Below are positions 37,726-45,624 of a DNA stretch of 64,000 nt, piece after piece. This stretch comes from Bacteroidales bacterium (GTDB lineage: Bacteria > Bacteroidota > Bacteroidia > Bacteroidales > UBA4417). The stretch's first letter is position 1; every line of letters starts with the position of its first letter. Under the pieces are notes generated by a model, which saw only the letters and a list, made by a program, of their open reading frames with translations, was not told the DNA's origin and made no database searches. The stretch lies in the NCBI GenBank assembly GCA_016707785.1, contig JADJGZ010000002.1, positions 77,033 through 141,032 on the forward strand, read 5' to 3'. Made by a program: the position numbers and the translations under genes.

Positions 37726-38604
37726 TTAATAATAAGCCATGATTCTTTCAACATCCGAAATATATCCTCCTCCGAAAAGGTTTACATGAACCAATAAGGG
37801 GTAAAGATTGAAAATATCTATTCGTTTCTCCCAGCCTTTTTCCAGGGGAAATTCTGCATGATAGGCTGAATAAAATTCTTCAGAAAATCCCCCGAAAAGA
37901 CGGGTCATTGCAAGGTCAACTTCCCTATGTCCAAAATATACGGCCGGATCGATCAGGCATGGGTTACCGGTTTCATCCACCAGGAAATTCCCATTCCATA
38001 AATCGCCATGTAACAGGGCTGGTTTTTCCAATGGTAACAATTCAGGCAATAATGAGTAAAAAGACTCAAATTTCCTGACCAGTGCCGAACTTGTTTTCTT
38101 TTGATCAAGGGCAAGTTTCAACAATGGTTCCAGTCGTTCCAGGATGAAAAACTCATTCCAATCCGGGTGTTCATGATTGCTTTGAGACAAAGATCCGATG
38201 TAATTATCCTGCTCCCATCCAAACATTTCCCCTGGCTGCTTGTGTAGTTTAGCCAATGCCCTGCCAAATGTATCCCAGAAATGCTTTCCCTTGTTTTCTG
38301 TCCGGATAAACTCCAGCAAAAGATAGGTATACGGTCCGGCCTCAGCATTATTCACAACCCCTGGAATCCGTATGCTTCCGCCTTCGGATAGTTTTATTAA
38401 CCCGGCAGCCTCGGAGGCAAACATTCCAGGATATTTTTCTGCCTGGTTGTACTTTAAAAAATAAAAGCCAAAAGAGGTCTCAATTCGAAATGATTCATTG
38501 ATGCATCCGCCTCCAAGGGAGGTGACAGAAGTAATACTTACCGGCCTATGATGAAGACTTGTAAGATACTCAACCAAATGCCGCTCAATGTTGGAAGGTA
38601 ACAT
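37726..38604 (-). CDS. Fructosamine/ketosamine-3-kinase family protein
   Basis: 292 aa. Motifs are GGGCINESFR, PALLHGDLWNGNFLVDETGNPCLIDPAVYFGHREVDLAMTRLFGGF. Confidence 0.88.
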   Translation of the reverse strand: MLPSNIERHLVEYLTSLHHRPVSITSVTSLGGGCINESFRIETSFGFYFLKYNQAEKYPGMFASEAAGLIKLSEGGSIRIPGVVNNAEAGPYTYLLLEFIRTENKGKHFWDTFGRALAKLHKQPGEMFGWEQDNYIGSLSQSNHEHPDWNEFFILERLEPLLKLALDQKKTSSALVRKFESFYSLLPELLPLEKPALLHGDLWNGNFLVDETGNPCLIDPAVYFGHREVDLAMTRLFGGFSEEFYSAYHAEFPLEKGWEKRIDIFNLYPLLVHVNLFGGGYISDVERIMAYY

Positions 38605-38675
38605 CGTATTCTAATAATAACGTGATTTCAATACAATTTGGCATTAAACTTATTTTAAATGAATGACTTGCTGTC

Positions 38676-38758
38676 TCCTTTGTGATACTTTGTGACTTTG
38701 TGGCTTTGTGTCAGAAAAATTTGACACGAAGGAACAAATACACAAAGGAACACAAAGA
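38676..38758. repeat. Short-period CTTTGTG repeats arranged as an imperfect long palindrome
   Basis: The left arm has CTTTGTG x4 (38679-38710). The central hairpin is GTGTCA-GAAAAATT-TGACAC (38708-38727). The right arm has CACAAAG x2 (38741-38757), the reverse complement of the left unit. Confidence 0.7.
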
Positions 38759-38888
38759 TAATCAGTCCAAAGATTGCAGGAATCAACAATATTATGTACT
38801 CACATTATCATAGTAATATTGGCAAAGAACCATGCATCTGAAGAGATACAGGAATTAAGGCAGGGCAAAGAAGATGGAAGAAATTAGG

Positions 38889-39317
38889 TTAAGCCTGGCT
38901 CGTTTTATGAGTTGGTCTTTTAAAAGCCTGATCCAAAGCTACCAGGAGGAGCAGGGCAACTGATACCGGCAAGAGATACATCATTTTGCCCATGCTACCC
39001 AACCTGCTCAGGGCCTCACCCAACCAAACGGATGTCATTCTGAAGCCTTCTGCTGCATAGTATAATATAAATTGTGCGGGAGTAAATTCAATCCCAAACC
39101 AACTCCAAACCGGGAAAAACAATAATCCTACTGCAACGGTGAATGCAAAAACAAGAATCATCCACTGATAACGGAACATCCAGCCTTTAGCAGGTTCAGG
39201 TGCCGTTTCAATTCGTTCCATGAGCCTTGATGTGAAATCAAGGGAAGGAGTTTCTAGCTTTGAATGGCGGAGCAATTTGCGGATCGCTTCATCATGCTGT
39301 AAATCCTTAGTTTTCAT
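38889..39317 (-). CDS. Membrane protein downstream of ECF sigma factor (putative anti-sigma factor)
   Basis: 142 aa with a cytoplasmic N-terminus followed by hydrophobic helices. It starts 34 nt after the sigma-factor stop on the same strand. Confidence 0.55.
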   Translation of the reverse strand: MKTKDLQHDEAIRKLLRHSKLETPSLDFTSRLMERIETAPEPAKGWMFRYQWMILVFAFTVAVGLLFFPVWSWFGIEFTPAQFILYYAAEGFRMTSVWLGEALSRLGSMGKMMYLLPVSVALLLLVALDQAFKRPTHKTSQA

Positions 39318-39351
39318 CTGAGTCGTTTTAGTAGTTTACAAAAATACAGTT

Positions 39352-39921
39352 TTATACCATAGCAGCCTTCATCATCATTCCCTGCAGTTCATCATAGAGC
39401 TTTTTCCTGATCCTGTGCAATTTCACCTTTACATTTGAAACGCTCAACCCGGTAATATGACTGATGTCATCTATTGAATTCTCCTCCATATAGAACAAGG
39501 TAACCAAAGCACTTTCATCGGGTGGTAAGCGATCAATGGCCTGATTTACCAGTTTTGTCTGCAAATCACCATCTACCCTTTCCAGGTCTTCCAGTATGTC
39601 GTCTTCTGTTGTATCACTCATCACCCTGTCATCAATCTGTGTAAACTCCTGCTGTTTCTTGCGGGTATGTGAGATGGCTGCATTATAGACAATCCTGTAG
39701 AGCCATGTGCTGAATTTTGAATCCCCTTTAAAAGAACGTAATGATTGGTATGCTTTCATAAAGGCATCCTGTGCAATTTCTTCTGCATCCTCTCTATGCC
39801 TCACTATTTTCAGGGCGATATTAAATGCCAGATCTTTATGTTTGTCGACCAGAACGGCGAATGCTGCGGTGTTTCCCGCAAGCACTCTCTGCACATGGTA
39901 GATATCGTCCTGTTCTTTCAT
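39352..39921 (-). CDS. ECF-type RNA polymerase sigma-70 family factor
   Basis: 189 aa. Region 2 is DAEEIAQDAFMKAYQSLRSFKGDSKFSTWLYRIVYNAAI. Region 4 is LPPDESALVTLFYMEENSIDDISHITGLSVSNVKVKLHRIRKKL. Confidence 0.9.
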   Translation of the reverse strand: MKEQDDIYHVQRVLAGNTAAFAVLVDKHKDLAFNIALKIVRHREDAEEIAQDAFMKAYQSLRSFKGDSKFSTWLYRIVYNAAISHTRKKQQEFTQIDDRVMSDTTEDDILEDLERVDGDLQTKLVNQAIDRLPPDESALVTLFYMEENSIDDISHITGLSVSNVKVKLHRIRKKLYDELQGMMMKAAMV

Positions 39922-40036
39922 GTGGGGGTTTGACGCAATCTGTTGATTAAGGTTACAACTAAGGTACGAATATGTGAAAGCAGAGTCAACAATCTTTGTA
40001 ACCTGACAGAAAAGCTTGCGTCAAAGATTTCACAAA

Positions 40037-40420
40037 ATGAAACTTACAATCTTAATACTTCTCAATATGAATGCAGAAATATTAGTGCCCATTTCAGCTT
40101 TTGCCATGATTCTTGGGATCATCTATCTTTCCTACCGCAAAAAGGAAAGAATGGCTTTAATCCAAAGTGGAAAGGATTCCTCCATCTTCGGACAGGATAA
40201 GCAATGCTATTCTACCTTAAAGTGGGGATTACTGCTTTTCGGAGTAGGTCTAGGACTTCTGATTGCTGAAGGCCTCGCCAAATATGATGTGCTGAGTCCT
40301 GAAGTTGCCTATTTCTCCATGGCTTTCATTTTTGGGGGAGCAGCATTAATAGTTGACTTCCTTATTGAAAAAGCAAGGATTCAGAATCTGCCTGAAAATC
40401 ATGTGAAAAAGGAAGAATAA
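40037..40420 (+). CDS. Small integral membrane protein of unknown function
   Basis: ATG 40037 (MKLTILILLNMNAEILVPISAFAMILGIIYLSYRKKERMALIQ...) is preferred over the upstream ORF-track start 40016. It has three hydrophobic segments and is divergent from the ECF sigma gene. Confidence 0.55.
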   Translation: MKLTILILLNMNAEILVPISAFAMILGIIYLSYRKKERMALIQSGKDSSIFGQDKQCYSTLKWGLLLFGVGLGLLIAEGLAKYDVLSPEVAYFSMAFIFGGAALIVDFLIEKARIQNLPENHVKKEE

Positions 40421-40475
40421 AACTCATTCAGGAGATTCTGCAAATTTGAATTCAGTCCGTATGTTCCTAATGATG

Positions 40476-41042
40476 TCAGAGACTTGCCTGTAGTTGAAAG
40501 GTAGCAATCTTAAGATAAAGTGGCCCTTCTTTCCTAAGGATGCTTTCATAGAGATGGATTTCATTAATGGCTTGTTCCTGGATGAATCGGTTCCTGTACT
40601 TCTGAATTTCCTCCTGGAATAAATCTTTATCCTTTAGTTCCTTTATTCTGCCAATGGTGAGATGCGGAACAAAATTCTGCCGGTCTTTTTCCCAGCCTGC
40701 CTTTTCCAGTGCATCCAGTACTTGTCCGGCCGTATTCTGCAATGCTTCATTAATGTCGATTCCGAACCAAATGACCCGCGGATCATACCGGCTGCCAAAA
40801 ATCCCTGCTTTATTAATTTTTATCACCGTAGATTCCGACCTGGAAACCGCTAATTGAAGCGCCTCTTTTATACCCGGGATACGTTTTTCATCGGTTTCAC
40901 CAAAAAATTTCAGGGTGAGGTGTATGTTTTCCGGTTCCACCCATTTGATACGTTCATGGCGTAGCCCGGACCTGATTTGGTTGAAGACTTCCATAAATTC
41001 GGCATTGGGTGAAATTTTGATGGCTGCAAATAATCGTTTCAT
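40476..41042 (-). CDS. thpR: 2H-phosphoesterase (RNA 2',3'-cyclic phosphodiesterase / 2'-5' RNA ligase family)
   Basis: 188 aa with the two HxT/Sx motifs of the 2H superfamily: NIHLTLKFFGE and VPHLTIGRIK. Confidence 0.88.
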   Translation of the reverse strand: MKRLFAAIKISPNAEFMEVFNQIRSGLRHERIKWVEPENIHLTLKFFGETDEKRIPGIKEALQLAVSRSESTVIKINKAGIFGSRYDPRVIWFGIDINEALQNTAGQVLDALEKAGWEKDRQNFVPHLTIGRIKELKDKDLFQEEIQKYRNRFIQEQAINEIHLYESILRKEGPLYLKIATFQLQASL

Positions 41043-41138
41043 AGTAAATTGTTGTGATGGCCAAAATTACGATAGAGTAAACATAAAAAATGTGTGGGTT
41101 TATTTGTAAAAAAAGTTTTACATTTGCCACCTCTTACC

Positions 41139-41212
41139 GGGGCGTTAGCTCAGTTGGCTAGAGTGTTAGACTGGCAGTCTAAAGGTCATGGGTTCGACTC
41201 CCATACGCTCCA
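41139..41212 (+). tRNA. tRNA-Ala (anticodon GGC)
   Basis: A cloverleaf was folded by hand. The acceptor stem is GGGGCGT/ACGCTCC with the G3:U70 alanine identity pair. The D arm is GCTC-AGTTGGCTA-GAGT. The anticodon arm is TTAGA-CTGGCAG-TCTAA (GGC). The T arm is ATGGG-TTCGACT-CCCAT and the discriminator is A. No CCA is encoded. Confidence 0.9.
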
Positions 41213-41220
41213 CGGAATCT

Positions 41221-41256
41221 AAAGCAGCTTTGACGTTCGTCATGGCTGCTTTTTTT
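41221..41256 (+). terminator. Rho-independent terminator after tRNA-Ala
   Basis: AAAGCAGC (41221-41228) pairs with GCTGCTTT (41245-41252). An inner TGACG/CGTCA stem is present. The element runs into TTTTTTT (41250-41256). Confidence 0.75.
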
Positions 41257-41823
41257 GTGTTCCACAAAATGCACACCCAAAAATGGTTTTGAAAAAACAT
41301 ACTAAAATAATTACTGTGGAAAAATAAAATACCCTTCGATTTGTACCCATGAAATGATTGAATTGTAAAATAATCACGATCATTTAAAAATTTTCCAGGC
41401 TATATATTTTCCTGGTTTAAGGGAGGATGAATGATCTGAGATACCCTTTGTTTTTCAATATTAAAGTCTGATTTTCTGATATATAAGACAACTTTTATAG
41501 GTTTTGCTTATTGACAATTTGTCTGTATTATAACACCCATTGAGCTTTCTTCCGAACTCATGACATCGGTAAACATGGTATTACCTTTTTTGAAAAAACG
41601 GATAATATGCGTTATGTCAATCATTGAAGAATGAGAATGGCATATGGAAAAGAACTATTAACTCGTGGACTGCCACACTTTTAGAAAGAAAAATTAAAGT
41701 TCAATAAGTGTAAACTAAAACAAGCTGAATGAGAAATTCAAGAGATGCCCCAGCTATATAGCTGTAAAGAAACTGCCAGAGATAAAAAAGGCAGTATTTC
41801 AATGATTAAGTAAAACTAAAAAC

Positions 41824-42513
41824 ATGAAAAACAACCTCAAATTATCAAACGGTGTGGAGCTATCCCTTACGGATGAATTGAAGCTTTCACGCAGCATTGA
41901 TAACGCCCTTAAGCAGGACGATATCATTGATTTGAGGATGAAACTGCTGGCCGTTTACAATGAAAATAAGAAGGCACAGCCTGAGGTTCCAGTAATACGA
42001 CTGTTTGTGAAAAAGTTCTGGTATGCAGCAGCATCCCTGATTTTACTGGCAGCCATCGGGTCCACCTTATTCTTCAATATGCAGGGTAGTTCCCCAAATG
42101 AACAGTTGTTCAAGGAATACTACAGCACGGAGAATCTTATCAATGTAACACGTTCAGGTGATGCCAATATCGTGGAAGCCGTTATGAAGTTCCAGGAAGG
42201 CGATTACACCACTGCAGAACAATTATTCAGGCAAATTCTTGATGCAGAACCTGCAAATTACAGCAGCTGGTTCTACTATGGAATCTCCTGCATGGAGACT
42301 GGTCATTATGATCTTGCTGAAAATGCTTTCAGCACTATTATAACCGAAGAACAGAATCTTTATGTAGAGCATGCCGAATGGTACCTCGGACTGAGTGCTT
42401 TGAAGAGCAACCAGACTGACAGGGCTAAAGAGCAATTGCAAAAGATCGCTCAGAATCCTGACAATATCCATTCAAGAGATGCCAGGAAATTGCTTGCAGA
42501 ACTTGGTAAGTAG
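41824..42513 (+). CDS. Membrane-anchored tetratricopeptide-repeat protein
   Basis: 229 aa with a single TM segment (FWYAAASLILLAAIGSTLFF). The C-terminal TPR-like repeats include GDYTTAEQLFRQILDAEPANYSSWFYYGISCMETGHYDLAENAFS. Confidence 0.65.
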   Translation: MKNNLKLSNGVELSLTDELKLSRSIDNALKQDDIIDLRMKLLAVYNENKKAQPEVPVIRLFVKKFWYAAASLILLAAIGSTLFFNMQGSSPNEQLFKEYYSTENLINVTRSGDANIVEAVMKFQEGDYTTAEQLFRQILDAEPANYSSWFYYGISCMETGHYDLAENAFSTIITEEQNLYVEHAEWYLGLSALKSNQTDRAKEQLQKIAQNPDNIHSRDARKLLAELGK

Positions 42514-42532
42514 CAGTTTTATCTTAAATTTT

Positions 42533-42572
42533 AATCCCGGTTCATGAGAAATCAAATGAACCGGGATTTTTT
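42533..42572 (+). terminator. Rho-independent terminator after the TPR gene
   Basis: AATCCCGGTTCAT (42533-42545) pairs with ATGAACCGGGATT (42556-42568) across a 10-nt loop, followed by a T-run. Confidence 0.8.
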
Positions 42573-42576
42573 ATTT

Positions 42577-42676
42577 ATGTCGGATGTCGATGTTGGATGT
42601 CGGATGTCGGATGTCGGATGTTGGATGATGTCGGATGTTGGATGTCGGATGTTGGATGTCGGATGTTGGATGTTAA
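42577..42676. repeat. Heptanucleotide tandem array A, (ATGTYGG)n, 14 units
   Basis: Phased units run from 42577 with ATGTCGG and ATGTTGG alternating. One unit is a 6-mer (42584-42589) and there is one 3-nt insertion (42625-42627). The final unit is ATGTTAA. Confidence 0.9.
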
Positions 42677-42738
42677 TGCCTAATTAAGGTTGACTTTTTT
42701 CACTATTAAACAGAATTATTTGGTCAGAAGGGCGTGCG

Positions 42739-42780
42739 ATGTTGGATGTCGGATGTTGGATGTCGGATGTTGGATGTTAA
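42739..42780. repeat. Heptanucleotide tandem array B, (ATGTYGG)n, 6 units
   Basis: 42739-42785 (47 nt including the TGCCT tail) is an exact copy of 42635-42681 at the end of array A. The two are separated by a 57-nt unique spacer. Confidence 0.9.
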
Positions 42781-42850
42781 TGCCTATCACACCTCCTTCG
42801 GCTAAGCTCAGGAACATGTACATTTATCCCCTCAACTCCAAGCCATAGGC

Positions 42851-43117
42851 TCCCCTTCGTGGCATCCCCTCTCTCTCCCCCTCTCCTCTCCCCTCTCTCG
42901 CCCCTCTCTCGCCCTCTCCAATTCAGTGGCATCCCCTCATCCCTCTCATCCGCCCTCTCCCCCTCTCCCCCTCCCCTCTCTCCTCTTCTCGCCCTCTCCC
43001 CTTCTCGCCCTCTCCAATTCTGGCATCCCCTCCCTCGCCCTCTCCCCTCCCCCTCTCCCCTCTCCCTCTCCCCATTCCTCTCCCCATCTCACCCTCTCCC
43101 CATCTCGCCTCAACCCG
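42851..43117. repeat. About 270-nt polypyrimidine (C/T) low-complexity tract; G/A-rich on the minus strand
   Basis: The + strand is almost only C and T, with many C3-C5 runs. It is punctuated by three copies of TGGCATCCCCT (42860, 42927, 43021) and two copies of GCCCTCTCCAATTC (42911-42924, 43007-43020). It abuts the stop of the minus-strand SGNH gene at 43137. Confidence 0.85.
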
Positions 43118-43136
43118 GCACTTCACCACGTCAACA

Positions 43137-43811
43137 CTACTTTAGAATCATTTCCATCAGACTGTCGCACACCAGTTGATTTCCTTTTTCATTCAGATGC
43201 ACCCCATCAGTCGTAAGAATTCCCTTATTGAGGTTTTCGGGGTTATGTTTCAGGGAATATTCATGAAAGATTGTCCTGAAATCGCAAAGTTGACACTGGT
43301 GTTTTTCCGCAAGGGACCGAATGATTTTTGAATATTGATTCAGATCACCATCCTGTGTATTGGAGAAATCGTTGCGCTCACCAATACTTGCAGGGGTACA
43401 GAGAATGATCTCAATCTTCTTTTCTTCCAGTTTTTTAATAATGGCTTCATAGAATTTCTCAAACTTATCAATATCGGTCCCGGTTCCCATTGATGACTTG
43501 TGCCAGACATCATTAACACCAACCCATATCACCACTTTATCCGGAGATTTGGATAATACATCCTCCTCCAGCCTCAGGTAAAGGTCATATACTTTATTGC
43601 CCCCAATTCCGGCACCTTTCAACTCAAAGGCATCAGACTTTCCTTTTGCAACAAGGGCTTGATTCATCCGATCGATGTATCCCCCCGGGTCAACACCCAT
43701 TTGAGTGATAGAATCACCGAAGAAGATTATTTTAACCGGTTTATCCATGGTGAAGGCAAACATGATAAAAAGCAGGGATATCCACCCAATGGGTTTTAAA
43801 AGAGATTTCAT
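43137..43811 (-). CDS. SGNH/GDSL-family hydrolase (esterase/lipase)
   Basis: 224 aa with a signal peptide. Block I is IIFFGDSITQMG, block III is WVGVNDVW and block V is TTDGVHLN. Confidence 0.88.
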   Translation of the reverse strand: MKSLLKPIGWISLLFIMFAFTMDKPVKIIFFGDSITQMGVDPGGYIDRMNQALVAKGKSDAFELKGAGIGGNKVYDLYLRLEEDVLSKSPDKVVIWVGVNDVWHKSSMGTGTDIDKFEKFYEAIIKKLEEKKIEIILCTPASIGERNDFSNTQDGDLNQYSKIIRSLAEKHQCQLCDFRTIFHEYSLKHNPENLNKGILTTDGVHLNEKGNQLVCDSLMEMILK

Positions 43812-44382
43812 GGAAATGTGGATTAGGACTCAATTAGTGATTATTGGCTCAAAATTAACAATTGATCAGGATTATAAACTATTCAGGGTTTTCAAAAAGC
43901 CAAATTAATGTTTTGTGCTGAGGAGAACAGTTAATTGCTTTTAGATTGTATTTTTGATTGACTGAATGAGGCGTTGGAATTGTGAGTTGATGTAATAAAT
44001 TATTTAGGCCAATATCAAAAACCTAAAAACACAAATTAAGAGATATAAGAATATTTAAAAAACTGAATTTGATCCGATGACGTTTTGAAAATTTCAAATG
44101 ACAATTACAAACAAGAGAACTCAACACTTGAATAAAACTGCTATCGTGCTTGGATGGGGCATAGACTTGAACTCGCTGAATATTGAATTTATAAGAAAAA
44201 ATAAAGACAAATTTTAACTCAATGGAAAGAAGGGCAGCCCATAACAGCACCTACCCGCCACCAGGCTTTCGCTCGTGCTTCTCTTGAAAACTATTACTAA
44301 ATTCGTGTTCTGTGCTTCTTGGGAAGCTAGTTGAATAAAAGCCTGGCAGCATGTAGCCCGGGAACGTTTCCACCACCTCCCC

Positions 44383-45579
44383 CTACCCCATCCTTTTTAT
44401 CACCTCCAAACACATCCTTGAATTATGATAAGGACACTTCCAGAAACCGGCCTTATCCTCTTCACGATTCACTGTGCCATCCGAACGGATACTCCAGTGC
44501 CATTCACCGTTTGATGGATCCACGAGCCTGTATTGGATGAATTGGAAACACTTTTCGGCTTTATCAAGATACCTGCTATCATTTGTCAATTCCCATGCAT
44601 TCAGGAATCCTACCACTGCTTCCGACTGTGGCCACCAATGCCTGTCAGCATCCAGGTGCCCGGTTTGGTTATTTCTTTCATAAATGAGACTTCCTTCTTC
44701 TGTTAATCCTTCCGTTACTGCCTCCGCTACAAGCAGACTAACTTTCCTTACCTCCACCAGCAGTTTGGGATCGTTTAGCACCACGGCAGCTTCATACAAC
44801 AACCATGAACACTCAATATCATGGCCATAGGAGGTAATATCCAGCTTTGATTCCCAGTTTTCATTAAAAAAGAGAATTAAATGCCCGGTTTGGGGATTGA
44901 TAAAGCGATCGAGAAATAGCCTGATAAGGTTGTGCAGCCTCTTTTCCAGCAAAGGATCCTTCCACACCCTGAAAAGATTGGTATATGCTTCCAGGATATG
45001 CAGGTGTGTATTCATGGTCTTCTTCTCATTGGCATCTTTATCACTAAGCCGGAGATCATCCAGTATCTTCCATTGCCTGTCGAAGGCTTCCAGGTACCCG
45101 TTATACTGTTCATCGAAACTGTATTTTTCAACCAGGTGGAAGAGCTTCCTGGCTTGTTCAAGGGGTTCCGGTTTACCACAAGCAAGGTGGTATTCGGTTA
45201 GGGCATAGATGAAAAAAGCCTGGGAATACACCTGCTTTTTAGTGTCCAGGGGTTCTCCAAGATGACCCAGGCTCCAGTAGGTACCGCCCTCCAGTTTATC
45301 GATGAAATGTTCGGTTATATAATCAGCGGACCTCCTGGCCATCTCCAGGTATTGCTGATCTTTCAACAAGTTATAAGCTGCTGAAAAGGTCCAGAGTATG
45401 CGGGCATTCAGGATTCCCCCCTTGGGAGCGTCGGGGATGATGCGATTCCGGCCATCCATTCGTCCAAAGAATCCACCTTTTTCATGATCAACCATGAAGT
45501 TCATCCAGAATGGCAGGATGTGCCCTGTGAGTTCATCAAAGGCCTTTTCCCTGAGGATTATTGCTCTCTTCTCATTCAT
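44383..45579 (-). CDS. N-acylglucosamine 2-epimerase superfamily protein, cellobiose/mannobiose 2-epimerase type
   Basis: 398 aa with an AGE-family (alpha/alpha)6 barrel-like sequence (ILPFWMNFMVDHEKGGFFG..., WPQSEAVVGFLNAW..., FWKCPYHNSRM). It is the last gene of a GH26-GH130-symporter-epimerase operon. Confidence 0.85.
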   Translation of the reverse strand: MNEKRAIILREKAFDELTGHILPFWMNFMVDHEKGGFFGRMDGRNRIIPDAPKGGILNARILWTFSAAYNLLKDQQYLEMARRSADYITEHFIDKLEGGTYWSLGHLGEPLDTKKQVYSQAFFIYALTEYHLACGKPEPLEQARKLFHLVEKYSFDEQYNGYLEAFDRQWKILDDLRLSDKDANEKKTMNTHLHILEAYTNLFRVWKDPLLEKRLHNLIRLFLDRFINPQTGHLILFFNENWESKLDITSYGHDIECSWLLYEAAVVLNDPKLLVEVRKVSLLVAEAVTEGLTEEGSLIYERNNQTGHLDADRHWWPQSEAVVGFLNAWELTNDSRYLDKAEKCFQFIQYRLVDPSNGEWHWSIRSDGTVNREEDKAGFWKCPYHNSRMCLEVIKRMG

Positions 45580-45624
45580 CTTTCAAAGATAATCCATTGC
45601 TATTTCAAAGGATCGGTTCCGCTT

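Noticed and set aside
39943-40200. 85-aa ORF overlapping the start of the 40037-40420 membrane-protein gene
   Set aside because: It is in a different frame over the same DNA. The 40037 frame encodes coherent TM helices, while this one does not.
42577-42785. Possibility that the repeat arrays are a CRISPR array
   Set aside because: The repeat unit is 7 nt with no unique spacers between units. Only one 57-nt unique segment separates the two arrays, and no cas genes are present in the window.
42859-43216. Three ORF-track entries (42859-43179 +, 42926-43216 +, 42923-43129 -) translating to Pro/Ser/Leu- or Gly/Glu/Arg-rich polypeptides
   Set aside because: They are simply the three-frame readout of the C/T low-complexity tract. 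They overlap each other and the 3' end of the SGNH gene, and have no plausible start context or domain content.
41139-44382. tRNA-Ala-associated genomic island or mobile element
   Set aside because: I could see no integrase, transposase, phage gene or direct repeat of the tRNA 3' end. The downstream genes (TPR protein, SGNH hydrolase) look chromosomal.
43812-44382. About 570-nt AT-rich gap containing ORF 44023-44250 (75 aa) and a GC-richer patch at about 44225-44290
   Set aside because: The ORF translation is low-complexity (Phe/Ile/Leu/Ser/Lys-rich), with no motif and no start context. I could not fold a convincing structured RNA by eye. I leave it as promoter or spacer DNA for the divergent flanking genes.
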